DNA from: Escherichia phage vB_EcoM_JNE01
Strand: one strand, 5' to 3'
Sequence record: OR670491
DNA length: 64,000 nt
Position numbers and translations under genes: made by a program
Part shown: positions 9,185-24,892 of the stretch, in pieces
Numbering within the stretch: the first letter of the stretch is position 1
How the letters are laid out: each line of letters starts with the position of its first letter
The notes under the pieces: generated by a model
Databases searched by the model: none
What the model saw: the letters and a program-made list of their open reading frames with translations, nothing else
What the model was told of the DNA's origin: nothing

Positions 9185-9902
9185 AAAAAGATACTTGCCT
9201 TTCTGTCTAGTCCCTGCTCATTGGGGACTTTCAGGGAAAGCAAAAGAGATTGCAAAAGCATACTATTACAACGATGATTATGAAGCAGATATTATAGTTG
9301 CAGAACTTACATATCTTACTCCATATGAAGTTGAAAAGGCTCAATTAGATATCAAGAAGAAGTATGGAGTTATCTCCGATGAACTTGAGTATCTAATTGC
9401 ACTTGCTGATTTAGATTTAAAATACTCAAAGATTACTCGTGATGAATATAATGTAAAGATACTTGATGCAAAATTAAGTACTGAAGCAATCACTAAACAA
9501 GAGTATGATCTTGAGATTATAGAACTAATGCCCGATAGTGATGATAAGTTATTAAAAACTATTGAGTACGCATATAGTTATGGTGAAATTACTCAACAAG
9601 AGTATTCTAAGGAAATCTTTACTTTACGTAAAGAACCTTGGATTGATTTGGATGTAATTCTAAACGATTCAAATGAAGTAGAATTTATATTTGATTATAA
9701 TGAATACTTCGTTAAGAAACTAAAAGATGAAGGTCATCCAGGAAATGATGAAGAAGAACTAATTGATAACTTCATTCGTGACTTGGGTCGCAAATTAGCA
9801 ACTGACGAGTTTAGTGATAACTATGACGTAAAGCTAGTAGCCGAGAACGAGGGGATCGAGAACCTACCTGGTTTACCTGACGGCTTTAAAAGATACAAAT
9901 AA
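9177..9902 (+). CDS. hypothetical protein with ITxxEY repeats
   Basis: ORF from the ATG at 9177; three ITRDEY / ITKQEY / ITQQEY repeats. Confidence 0.5.
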   Translation: MAKKRYLPFCLVPAHWGLSGKAKEIAKAYYYNDDYEADIIVAELTYLTPYEVEKAQLDIKKKYGVISDELEYLIALADLDLKYSKITRDEYNVKILDAKLSTEAITKQEYDLEIIELMPDSDDKLLKTIEYAYSYGEITQQEYSKEIFTLRKEPWIDLDVILNDSNEVEFIFDYNEYFVKKLKDEGHPGNDEEELIDNFIRDLGRKLATDEFSDNYDVKLVAENEGIENLPGLPDGFKRYK

Positions 9903-9908
9903 AAAAAA

Positions 9909-9933
9909 GGAGAGCAAAAATGCTCTCCTTTTC
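9909..9933. terminator. bidirectional rho-independent terminator between convergent genes
   Basis: GGAGAGCA / TGCTCTCC stem flanked by an A-run on the 5' side and a T-run on the 3' side. Confidence 0.65.
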
Positions 9934-9947
9934 TTGTATATAAATTA

Positions 9948-10625
9948 TTAAACCATAGGTGGGATAAATTTGAATAGTTTGATACCGAAATCACCAGCAG
10001 CATCAGCAGCTTTGGAATTCAGAACAACTTCAGTTACGCCATCTTTAGCTAGTAGTGGAACCATAGTTAGATCGTCAATTAGTAGACGGCCTTCTTCGAT
10101 ATCAGTACTTGGAACGCCTTGGAAAGATTGAATATCTTTATCAAACACGTTAGCACGTTCAACTAGGAAAGTAACTACGGAAGCACTAGGAATTGAAACA
10201 GCACCAACATTCATCACACCATCAGCAGCGTTGGTAAAATCAGTAACTGCTAGGTCTGCACCGATTTGGGAAGTAGCAATGATTACAGCACGTTGTTGAA
10301 CAACATCAACGATACGTTTAACGTTGGTTTGTGCAGCATAAGAAGCATTATAATCAGCTTCTAGGGTTGCAACTTCAAATGGAGTACCATCGATACGGAT
10401 GATACCTTTTTCGTTTAGGTAAACAACGATATCTTCAGCGATATCAGAGTTTAGGAAACGTTGTAGCCCAGCGAAAGAAGCAACTGCACCAGTAACTAGT
10501 ACGTTAACATCACCTAGTTTACTAACAGCGATGGATGCTAGGGCGTTTTTACCACAGAAGTAACCTAGAACGCTTTCATAGGAAAAACCATTGATACGTT
10601 CAAAAGTAGTATTAGTATTAGACAT
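9948..10625 (-). CDS. putative late/structural protein, paralog B of a tandem pair
   Basis: Shares QQRAV(I/L)..TS and ERxxVFDK blocks with the adjacent ORF; Val/Thr/Ala-rich beta-type composition. Confidence 0.55.
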   Translation of the reverse strand: MSNTNTTFERINGFSYESVLGYFCGKNALASIAVSKLGDVNVLVTGAVASFAGLQRFLNSDIAEDIVVYLNEKGIIRIDGTPFEVATLEADYNASYAAQTNVKRIVDVVQQRAVIIATSQIGADLAVTDFTNAADGVMNVGAVSIPSASVVTFLVERANVFDKDIQSFQGVPSTDIEEGRLLIDDLTMVPLLAKDGVTEVVLNSKAADAAGDFGIKLFKFIPPMV

Positions 10626-10640
10626 AGTAATGTTCTCCTA

Positions 10641-11240
10641 TTATAGTTGTACTGGAAGTGCAGCACGTACTTTAATAGCAACAGCAGTAGAAGCAGCCGC
10701 ATCACCAACACCATCAGTACCAACTGCTTGGTAAGTTTTGGTACGGAAGAATTTAGCTTGAGCAATAGACTTAGCTAGTTCTACGGTTGGGTCAACTGGA
10801 ACAGAGTAAGCAGCACCAGGACGAACTTCTTGCTTGTCAAATACGTCTTGACGTTCACAAATGAAGGTTAGAGCAACAGAGTTAGCACCACCAGTAACAT
10901 CAGCACCACTAGTACCGAATGCGATTACGTTACCACCAACGGTTTTGAAATCACTAGGAATAACAACTTCAGTATCTAGAGCTAGAACAGAAGTGGTAAC
11001 TAGAACAGCACGTTGTTGTAGTAGTTGGGTGATCATGAATTGGTTGTATTGAGCATTACTGATTGCAGTTTGTAGTGCTTCGTCTTGAACATCAGAACCA
11101 TCGGAAGTAACTTTAGTAGTACCAACTTCAACGTCAGTTGGAAGATTTACAACGATAGTTACGAAACCGTTGTTACCACCCCAGTACTCACGACCAGTAG
11201 CAGACATACCATAGTTACGGTTAAAAGAATTAAGACTCAT
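10641..11240 (-). CDS. putative late/structural protein, paralog A of a tandem pair
   Basis: Paralog of 9948..10625; AAGGAGA RBS on the minus strand before the ATG; late-promoter-like GATAAATA motifs upstream. Confidence 0.55.
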   Translation of the reverse strand: MSLNSFNRNYGMSATGREYWGGNNGFVTIVVNLPTDVEVGTTKVTSDGSDVQDEALQTAISNAQYNQFMITQLLQQRAVLVTTSVLALDTEVVIPSDFKTVGGNVIAFGTSGADVTGGANSVALTFICERQDVFDKQEVRPGAAYSVPVDPTVELAKSIAQAKFFRTKTYQAVGTDGVGDAAASTAVAIKVRAALPVQL

Positions 11241-11280
11241 AAAAATCTCCTTGTCAAATTTTGTGCAGGATTCTCCTGCT

Positions 11281-11358
11281 TGATATTATTTATCAAAAAT
11301 TATCCAGTGGCATTTAAAAATAACTGAATTACCCTTGACTCTATGATATTATTTATCA
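11281..11358 (-). promoter_or_regulatory. two direct copies of TGATATTATTTATCA (minus strand reads TGATAAATAATATCA), late-promoter-like
   Basis: Copies at 11281..11295 and 11344..11358; reverse complement contains GATAAATA, one mismatch from T4 late TATAAATA; upstream of the minus-strand gene pair. Confidence 0.4.
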
Positions 11359-11465
11359 TTTCTGGGACAGCAGCTAAAGATGTGCTACAATTATTAACGA
11401 AATACAAAGAAAACGGAGATTTCATATGCATTACCATTAAACATAAATGGCGACCTGAATGGTAA

Positions 11466-17683
<6,218 letters not shown>

Positions 17684-17687
17684 GTAG

Positions 17688-17723
17688 TTTGTCGGAGGAA
17701 TAAAAACCCTCCGACAAATTTTC
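17688..17723 (+). terminator. stem-loop / terminator-like hairpin
   Basis: TTTGTCGGAGG / CCTCCGACAAA 11-bp stem followed by TTTTCG. Confidence 0.5.
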
Positions 17724-17735
17724 GAAAAAATATTT

Positions 17736-17764
17736 TGGAACGCTTTAAAAACCAATGATATAAT
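17736..17764 (+). promoter_or_regulatory. early-type promoter P2 (extended -10 TGATATAAT)
   Basis: TGATATAAT at 17756..17764, with downstream GAAGTTTGT shared with P1 and P3. Confidence 0.55.
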
Positions 17765-17809
17765 GAAGTTTGTAAGACGATACATGGTGTTGAATCTTAC
17801 GAAAAAAAT

Positions 17810-17839
17810 CCTGAACGAATCAAGTTCAGGTGATATAAT
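17810..17839 (+). promoter_or_regulatory. hairpin plus early-type promoter P3 (extended -10 TGATATAAT)
   Basis: CCTGAAC / GTTCAGG hairpin immediately followed by TGATATAAT at 17831..17839. Confidence 0.55.
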
Positions 17840-17936
17840 GAAGTATGTGATTGTATGATTGCATAAGTCATGGAAGATAATCTAACAAAGAAGCTCAATA
17901 ACTTTTTGACAAAGAAACTATAAAGGAATATATAAT

Positions 17937-19004
17937 ATGCAAACTCTAGCTGAAATTCGTGCAAAACTAAAAGCGGAACAAGAAAAAGCAGAAGCTCAAA
18001 AGAATGGTACTTTTACTGGTGAACGTAAAGCCGATTCTTTCCTAGCTTTCTGGAACGTTCCTTATAACGAACCACTAAACCTACGTTTTCTTCCAGATGC
18101 AGATGAAAGCAACCCTTTCTTCTGGCGTGAACGTGATATGATTAACCTGACTTTCCAAGGTGTAGTAGGTCTTCACACTGATAAAGTTACCGTACAAGTA
18201 CCTTGTAACGAAATGTGGGTTCCTAAATCATGTCCAGTACTGAAAGAAGTTCGTCAATGGTTCCAAAGTGCGAATGAATCTGGTGATGAAGAACTGAAAG
18301 CTATGGCTGGTCGTTACTGGAAAAAGAAAACCTATCTAATGCAATGTTTCATCGCTCCTGATAGTGTTGCAGTAAAAGATGACATGGCTCCAGAAAACCC
18401 AATTCGTCGTATTCTAGCTAACAAAGATATTTTCGATAAAGTAAAATCTATTCTACTGAATCCTGGTATCAAAGAACTACCAACTCACTACACTCATGGT
18501 CGTGACTTCGGTATTGTTAAGACTAAGAACGGCGGCGGTTACAACAGCTACGATATGTCTCAATTCTCCATGTCCGAGCGTGAACTAAACGCAGACGAAA
18601 TGGCAGCTATTGAAAAATATGGTCTATACAATCTAAATGATTTTATGCCTAAACAACCAACTCCAGAAGAACTAACAGCAATCGCTGAAATGTTCGAAGC
18701 TTCTGTAAATGGTGAAGCATATGATCCAGCACGTTGGGCTTTCGCATACCGTCCAGCAGGTGTTCAAAAACCTGTAACTGGTGGTTCTGCTCCAGCAGCA
18801 CAACCTGCTCCACAAGCTCCAGCAACACCACAACCTGCTCCACAGGCAGCGGTACAGGAATCTACTCCTGTTACTCCAACTGCTCCTGTTACCCCAGCAG
18901 CACAACCTGCTCCAACTGCTCCAGCATCAACTGGTACTGAAGCACCAAAAGAACAACTATCTGCATCTGCTCTAGTTGCTCGTTTGAAGCAACAAAGCAA
19001 GTAA
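17937..19004 (+). CDS. 32: single-stranded DNA-binding protein (T4 gp32-like) with Pro/Ala/Gln-rich C-terminal tail
   Basis: RFLPDADESNPFF...VQVPCNEMWVPKSCP core resembles gp32; C-terminus is a PAQ-rich low-complexity repeat. Confidence 0.8.
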   Translation: MQTLAEIRAKLKAEQEKAEAQKNGTFTGERKADSFLAFWNVPYNEPLNLRFLPDADESNPFFWRERDMINLTFQGVVGLHTDKVTVQVPCNEMWVPKSCPVLKEVRQWFQSANESGDEELKAMAGRYWKKKTYLMQCFIAPDSVAVKDDMAPENPIRRILANKDIFDKVKSILLNPGIKELPTHYTHGRDFGIVKTKNGGGYNSYDMSQFSMSERELNADEMAAIEKYGLYNLNDFMPKQPTPEELTAIAEMFEASVNGEAYDPARWAFAYRPAGVQKPVTGGSAPAAQPAPQAPATPQPAPQAAVQESTPVTPTAPVTPAAQPAPTAPASTGTEAPKEQLSASALVARLKQQSK

Positions 19005-19029
19005 TAATTTAGATACAAAAAAAGATATA

Positions 19030-19057
19030 GGGGCAACGGAGTTGCCCCATTTTATTT
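19030..19057 (+). terminator. rho-independent terminator (GGGGCAAC...GTTGCCCC)
   Basis: 8-bp GC-rich stem followed by ATTTTATTT. Confidence 0.65.
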
Positions 19058-19079
19058 CATAAAATTCAAGGAGTGAATT

Positions 19080-20192
19080 ATGAAAATGACAAGTGGTTTT
19101 GCAAACATTCTAAAAAATAGTACTGGCAGCGTTAAGAAAAATACTGGTGTTAGCGTAGGTTTTCATGATCCTGATACTTGGATTAGTACTGGTAACTTTG
19201 CTTTGAACTACCGTATTAGTGGTTACTTTGACCGTGGTATTCCACTTGGTAAAGTAACAATGTTTGCTGGTGAATCCGGTTCTGGTAAATCCTTTATCGT
19301 GTCTGGTAACATTGCACGTGAAGCACAACAGCAAGGAATCTTTGTTGTGATGATTGACTCCGAGAACGCATTGGATTCAGATTGGTTGCAAGCTCTAGGT
19401 GTGGATACATCTGAAGAGAAACTACTTAAAGTTAACATGGGTATGATTGGTGACGTAGCTAAATTTACTTATGAGTTCATCGAAGGTTATCGTAAAGAAT
19501 ACGAAAACACCCCGAAAGAAGAACGTCAGAAAGTACTATTCATCATCGACTCAATTGGTATGCTTAATACTGAAGTTGCTAATGACCAGATGAAAGCTGG
19601 TAACCTAAAAGGTGACATGGGTCATAAACCTAAGCAACTTAAAGCGTACATTACTAACTGTGTAAACTCCATTGGTTCTTTGAACATTGGTATGGTTTGT
19701 GTAAACCACAGTTATGAATCTCAAGACATGTTCAACCCTGATCCTAAAGTATCTGGTGGTAGCGGTCTGATTTATGCATCATCTATGGTGATTGCAATGG
19801 GTAAACTAAAACTTAAAGAAGATGAAGATGGTAATAAAACATCTGATGTAAGTGGTATCCGTTCAAAATGTAAAGTGATGAAAACTCGTTACAACAAACC
19901 ATTTGAAGATGTAGAGATTAAAATTCCTTGGGATAAAGGTATGGACCCACGCAGTGGCCTACTTGATATGTTCGAGAAATATGAACTAATCACCAAATCT
20001 GGTAACCGTCTAATGTATGTTGACATTGATACTGGTGAACAAATTCTGAAATATCGTAAAGAATGGATGCGTAATGAAGATTCTTGCTTAGACTTAGTAA
20101 TGAATCAATTCAAACGTCACCCAATGATTGAAGATGTTAAAGAAGAAGAGAAAGGTGATGAATCATTTGGTACTGACATTAGTGAGGAATAA
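19080..20192 (+). CDS. uvsX: UvsX RecA-like recombinase
   Basis: Walker A GESGSGKS; GLLDM and surrounding region align with T4 UvsX. Confidence 0.9.
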   Translation: MKMTSGFANILKNSTGSVKKNTGVSVGFHDPDTWISTGNFALNYRISGYFDRGIPLGKVTMFAGESGSGKSFIVSGNIAREAQQQGIFVVMIDSENALDSDWLQALGVDTSEEKLLKVNMGMIGDVAKFTYEFIEGYRKEYENTPKEERQKVLFIIDSIGMLNTEVANDQMKAGNLKGDMGHKPKQLKAYITNCVNSIGSLNIGMVCVNHSYESQDMFNPDPKVSGGSGLIYASSMVIAMGKLKLKEDEDGNKTSDVSGIRSKCKVMKTRYNKPFEDVEIKIPWDKGMDPRSGLLDMFEKYELITKSGNRLMYVDIDTGEQILKYRKEWMRNEDSCLDLVMNQFKRHPMIEDVKEEEKGDESFGTDISEE

Positions 20193-20653
20193 TGAAACCT
20201 TGGCATTGGATTATCAAAGATGACAAATCTAAACTTCTTGAAATGATTGAATTTTTCGATAAAGAAATCGAAGAAGCACGTAAAGAAGTTAAAAAGATAG
20301 GTATCATTGAAAAGATTGCTCAAGAGATTCCAGGCTGGCATGAGACACGTCTTAGCCAGCTTCAAGAACTCGAAGCAGTACTTGAGATGTTAGAAATAGA
20401 AATGCGTCAGCTTCAAGGTGAGAAGTTCCAGTACTACCTAGAAGCGTACCGTCGTGCGTTATCATCGTCTGACTGTAAAAAGTATGTAGAAGGTGATAAA
20501 GAGGTATGTGAATTATATGAACTTATTAATGAAGTATCATATATTCGAAATACATTTACAAGCATTGTTAAATCCTTAGAGATGAAAGCTTTTCAGTTAA
20601 ACAATATTGTAAGACTACGTGCTGCTGGTATTGAAGATGCTCGTTTAGAATAA
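20192..20653 (+). CDS. putative UvsY-like recombination mediator
   Basis: Immediately downstream of uvsX with ATGA overlap; C-terminal RLRAAGIE resembles the UvsY RAFEAGK end; weak. Confidence 0.35.
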   Translation: MKPWHWIIKDDKSKLLEMIEFFDKEIEEARKEVKKIGIIEKIAQEIPGWHETRLSQLQELEAVLEMLEIEMRQLQGEKFQYYLEAYRRALSSSDCKKYVEGDKEVCELYELINEVSYIRNTFTSIVKSLEMKAFQLNNIVRLRAAGIEDARLE

Positions 20654-20663
20654 ACTAATAATA

Positions 20664-20688
20664 AGGACGCACTTCGCGTCCTTTTTCT
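20664..20688 (+). terminator. rho-independent terminator
   Basis: AGGACGC / GCGTCCT stem followed by TTTTT. Confidence 0.65.
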
Positions 20689-20700
20689 ATGTAGGTACAT

Positions 20701-21519
20701 ATGTCAAATAAATTAGATTTCGTTAAAAAGATTTCAGTACTGGATACTGAAACCACTGGTGTTGAAAGTGATGATGATATTATTGAATTTAGTATTTCAT
20801 TTCCATGTAAAGTAACAGAAGATATTGATGGAATTGATAACTACACTTTACGTTACAAACCATTAAAAGATATTCCACCTGAAGCATCGGCAGTGCACTT
20901 TATCAGTACTGAAGATGTAGCAAACTGCCTGAACTACAGCGATGATTTGGAGAATATTGATGCTCTAATGGGTTGTCGTGATTATTTCGTTGGTCATAAT
21001 GTTCAGTTTGACCGTCGAATGATGGTAGATAACGAATATAAATATCGTAACTCTGTATCACAGTATCTATTGGATGAAGAACGTTGGATTTGTACTCTAC
21101 GTTTTGCCAAGAAGATGTTTGCAGAAGATGTTGAATTCAAGAACTTGACACTGAGTTATTTGTGGTATAAATTTGGATGTTACCGTGAAGTACATCGTCA
21201 TGTAAATGCTCACGCAGCAAAAGATGATGTATTCATGTGTTATCAAGTACTAATGAAGTTGATTGATATTGCCATTGAGCGTGGACACATTGACGAGTCC
21301 GGTGATATTGGAGCACAAATCGTAGACTTCTGTAACAAACCTATGCTTTATTCTTGTATGCCATTTGGTAAACACAAAGGTATGAAGATGAGTGAAGTAC
21401 CACTTAACTACATTGAGTGGATGATTACGAATAGTGATATTCTGGATACAAGTAATCCAAACTGTGATAAAGATTTAGTATATACATTCGAGTACGAGTA
21501 TAGTAGTCGTACTAACTAA
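20701..21519 (+). CDS. DnaQ-like 3'-5' exonuclease (DEDDh) with C-terminal DUF3820-like module
   Basis: Exo I LDTETTG; Exo II HNVQFD; Exo III HAAKDD; C-terminal FGKHKGMKMSEVPLNYIEWMI motif. Confidence 0.75.
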   Translation: MSNKLDFVKKISVLDTETTGVESDDDIIEFSISFPCKVTEDIDGIDNYTLRYKPLKDIPPEASAVHFISTEDVANCLNYSDDLENIDALMGCRDYFVGHNVQFDRRMMVDNEYKYRNSVSQYLLDEERWICTLRFAKKMFAEDVEFKNLTLSYLWYKFGCYREVHRHVNAHAAKDDVFMCYQVLMKLIDIAIERGHIDESGDIGAQIVDFCNKPMLYSCMPFGKHKGMKMSEVPLNYIEWMITNSDILDTSNPNCDKDLVYTFEYEYSSRTN

Positions 21520-21536
21520 GAAAAAGGCATTCATGG

Positions 21537-23021
21537 ATGAAAACTTGTAAACTAACCTTACTGGACGAGGTTAACTGTAAATTTGAGGGTCTTGAACCCT
21601 CTATTCGTCAAAAGATGATTCGTGCAACTGAATATGTTTTACCATATGCAAAGTTCACACCAGCAGGTCGTATTGGTCGTTGGGATGGTAAAGTTCAGTT
21701 CATGAATCTTGGTGGCTCAACTTATTATCATATGTTGGATAAGTTGCTTCCTATTCTTGATGAAGCGAAAATTGATATTGAATTAGAAGATCACCGAGTA
21801 AATTATGGTTTCGATTTCGAACCAATTGATGAGAATATCTTTGCTGATGTAGTCTTTGGTGCAGGACACCACATGGAAGGTAAATCAATTAAACTCCGTG
21901 AGCATCAGGTAGAAGCTGTAAACGCGTGTCTGGCTAATCAACATGGTTTACTATTGGCAGCAACAGGTGCAGGTAAAACACTCATCACAGCAGCATTATC
22001 CAAGAAGGTAGAGCAGTATGGTCGCTCTGTTATCATCGTTCCTAGTACTGATTTAGTACAACAAACGTATGATGACTATGTGATGTGTGGTTTAGACACT
22101 GGTATGTTCTATGGTGCACAGAAAGACTTTGGTCATCAGCATACAATCACCACATGGCAATCCTTCAATTCTTTGTGGAAGAAAACAAAGAAAGGTGAAA
22201 TTGAACTAACTGAACAAGACGTTCATGACTTTATTGACGGTGTTGTTTGTGTTATAGTTGATGAGTGTCAAGGTGCTGGTGGTGATGCACTTGTACAAGT
22301 ACTATCTAAAGTAATGAACAACGTCCCGCTTCGTTGGGGTTTGACTGGTACTATTCCTAAAGATAAAGTGGTAGCAGCAAAGATTCGTTGTAACATTGGC
22401 GATGTGATATTCAAAATCACTGCTAAAGAATTACAAGATAAACAAATTCTAAGTACATGTAACGTGAACTGTATTAAACTTAAAAGTAATATGAAATTTG
22501 CATCATATGCTGAAGAGTTGAAGTACTTAGTTACTGACCGTGACCGAATGGCTTACATTGCGTCATTGATTGGTGCGTTGTCTGAATCGGGAAATACATT
22601 AGTACTGGTGGACCGACTGGAGGCAGGAGAACTTCTATGTGAGTATCTCGGTATTCCTAAGTCCGAATTTGTTCGTGGTGAAACTAAGAAGAAAGACCGT
22701 GAATCATCTTATGGTGAGATCCGTTGGGCTGATAACAAAATCTTGATTGCAACCTACGGTGTTGCGAGTACTGGTATCAGTATTTCACGTTTATACAATG
22801 TTGTTCTTCTTGAGCCAGGCAAAAGCTTTGTGCGTACAATTCAGTCCATTGGTCGTGGATTGCGTCGTGCCGAAGACAAAGACCACGTTGAAATCTATGA
22901 TATCAGTGGTTCAAACAAATACAGTGCAAAACACTTACGCGAGCGTATTGCATTCTATAAAGAAGCACAGTATCCACACAGTATCATTGATGTAAAAGAT
23001 TGGGAAAACACAGCGGGATAA
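21537..23021 (+). CDS. uvsW: UvsW SF2 DNA helicase
   Basis: Walker A LAATGAGKT; DExH box IVDECQ; overall layout matches T4 UvsW (502 aa). Confidence 0.9.
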   Translation: MKTCKLTLLDEVNCKFEGLEPSIRQKMIRATEYVLPYAKFTPAGRIGRWDGKVQFMNLGGSTYYHMLDKLLPILDEAKIDIELEDHRVNYGFDFEPIDENIFADVVFGAGHHMEGKSIKLREHQVEAVNACLANQHGLLLAATGAGKTLITAALSKKVEQYGRSVIIVPSTDLVQQTYDDYVMCGLDTGMFYGAQKDFGHQHTITTWQSFNSLWKKTKKGEIELTEQDVHDFIDGVVCVIVDECQGAGGDALVQVLSKVMNNVPLRWGLTGTIPKDKVVAAKIRCNIGDVIFKITAKELQDKQILSTCNVNCIKLKSNMKFASYAEELKYLVTDRDRMAYIASLIGALSESGNTLVLVDRLEAGELLCEYLGIPKSEFVRGETKKKDRESSYGEIRWADNKILIATYGVASTGISISRLYNVVLLEPGKSFVRTIQSIGRGLRRAEDKDHVEIYDISGSNKYSAKHLRERIAFYKEAQYPHSIIDVKDWENTAG

Positions 23022-23042
23022 CCCCGCTGTTCGTGATATAAT
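23010..23042 (+). promoter_or_regulatory. hairpin plus early-type promoter (TGATATAAT at 23034..23042)
   Basis: CAGCGGG / CCCGCTG hairpin overlapping the uvsW stop, then CGTGATATAAT. Confidence 0.55.
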
Positions 23043-23093
23043 GGGTTGTATGTGAATACAACGACAAAAATAATACAAGGAAGTATAATAAAA

Positions 23094-23534
23094 ATGGAAC
23101 TAAGATCTAGTATTGCATTTATCTGTGACCAAGAAACATTGGATATTATTGATGTGTTTTTGAATGATGATGGTATTATGGATGACATGGTATCTTCACT
23201 TGATTACATTGCCGAATTAGAAACTGATGATACTAATGTATGGCGTTGTAATATTGATAGTGATTCATGGATTAATATCTATGAACTTCAAACACGCATT
23301 GATGATAAGAAAATAGATAAAAAACTAACATATGATATTATCTATGCAAGTACTGATTCTAAAACATTCATTGATGTGGTTAGTCTAAGTGGTAATTTTG
23401 ATTCATATCTAGACACTGACGTTGATAAGATTCAAGAACTATGTGAAACCTACGGTCTTGAGTTCTATGGAACTAATGATGAAGATGATGATATTGATGA
23501 TGAAGATTACAACAACGAAGAATCATATTACTAA
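23094..23534 (+). CDS. highly acidic early protein (candidate DNA mimic)
   Basis: 146 aa from the ATG at 23094 (AAGGAAG RBS); Asp/Glu-rich throughout; C-terminus NDEDDDIDDEDYNNEESYY; first gene after an early promoter. Confidence 0.5.
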   Translation: MELRSSIAFICDQETLDIIDVFLNDDGIMDDMVSSLDYIAELETDDTNVWRCNIDSDSWINIYELQTRIDDKKIDKKLTYDIIYASTDSKTFIDVVSLSGNFDSYLDTDVDKIQELCETYGLEFYGTNDEDDDIDDEDYNNEESYY

Positions 23535-23546
23535 AGGTGAAAAACA

Positions 23547-24044
23547 ATGAATGTATTAACCCCTGAAAACATCACATTTGACATGGACTTAGTTACTGAA
23601 CACATCCCTGAAGAGATGTATTGTGTTCTAGACTTAAGCCCAACTGGTGAATCCGATTTCTACTTCAGACATATTCTAAACACTGTATCCTTTAACAGTA
23701 TTAGTGCTGACCTTCAAATCGGTGAAAAGATCATTCAAGTCCCACTTGGATGGCAAATTATGCTTGGTGATGAAGAGACTGGTATGGTTGAGATGTGCAC
23801 TATCGAAAACATCTTGAATATGAAAGAACCAAAAGCTTTTGTTTACAATCCAATCCGTTCAATGTATCCTAAGTTTGAACCAGTAAAAGTACTGCGAGTA
23901 TTCGCATTAACTACTAAGTGGCAAATCCCAATGCTACCGAAGAAAAACTTATTGTGTGTTCCATTGGCAAATGGTGACAATCCACCATGTGTGTACTTTG
24001 CCGATGAGAATGAGAAAATCCAAGATCTGTACTTAGGAGTATAA
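23547..24044 (+). CDS. hypothetical protein
   Basis: ORF in the early-gene block. Confidence 0.5.
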   Translation: MNVLTPENITFDMDLVTEHIPEEMYCVLDLSPTGESDFYFRHILNTVSFNSISADLQIGEKIIQVPLGWQIMLGDEETGMVEMCTIENILNMKEPKAFVYNPIRSMYPKFEPVKVLRVFALTTKWQIPMLPKKNLLCVPLANGDNPPCVYFADENEKIQDLYLGV

Positions 24045-24046
24045 TA

Positions 24047-24892
24047 GTGTTTGATTTCAGTAATGTTAAAAATAAATCAGTTGAAGACGAAAGTAAACCA
24101 ACACAACATTCTTTTGGTATTACTGATATTCTTCAACAGATTGACCGAGCCAACTACAACTATTACAATGAAATGACTGAGAAAGAGCGTAAAGACTTTA
24201 CGCCTTATACTGTTCTACGCTGGGTAAGTTCCTTAGATGATTCTCTACAGGTAACTTATCCAAGTTCTAAAGTGGAAAGTGTATTTGGTAAATGGAAAAA
24301 TGGTGGCAAAGAAGCACTATCTGAACTCGTTGAAGAGATGAAGAAATCTGGTATCAATGTATCATCAGTTACAAAGTACTGTCATGGTGATTACGATTGG
24401 CGTATCAAATTCGCAGTTCAAGGTCAAGGTGATGCTGCAACTCTAATCAGCAACATGACTGAATTTAACATTACTGGATCACAAATCATTTCCTTAGTGG
24501 ACAGTGATGTGGTAAAATACCAACTAATCATGCTGAATGATATGGTGAACGATGGGTTTTGGGATATGAAAGACCACCCTGAGCTTGTATACCAATTGAT
24601 GTGTTCAGTGCATGATATGCTTGGTGGTAAAGAACTACAAAGAAACTGGTTGAACTTCTCTAAAAGTTTCAAACATTCTAATAACGAATTGTTTGCTTTA
24701 CTAAAGAGTACTCAACCAGATAGCATTTCAGCACAAATGAATGAAGACGAATACAAGATTGTTCTCATGCAGTATGATAAGAAATCTTTTGAGGTATTAC
24801 TAAACAGTATGGGATACCAAGACAAAGATGCTAAATCCATGATGAAACTATTCAAAGAAGAATGTAAAAAATATGGCAAAGAAATCAAGTAG
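24047..24892 (+). CDS. hypothetical protein
   Basis: ORF in the early-gene block. Confidence 0.5.
   Translation: MFDFSNVKNKSVEDESKPTQHSFGITDILQQIDRANYNYYNEMTEKERKDFTPYTVLRWVSSLDDSLQVTYPSSKVESVFGKWKNGGKEALSELVEEMKKSGINVSSVTKYCHGDYDWRIKFAVQGQGDAATLISNMTEFNITGSQIISLVDSDVVKYQLIMLNDMVNDGFWDMKDHPELVYQLMCSVHDMLGGKELQRNWLNFSKSFKHSNNELFALLKSTQPDSISAQMNEDEYKIVLMQYDKKSFEVLLNSMGYQDKDAKSMMKLFKEECKKYGKEIK

Noticed and set aside
18649-19036. Five overlapping short ORFs on both strands within the 3' end of gene 32
   Set aside because: They arise from the repetitive PAQ-rich coding repeats of the SSB tail; translations are low-complexity (Leu/Gln/Cys runs).
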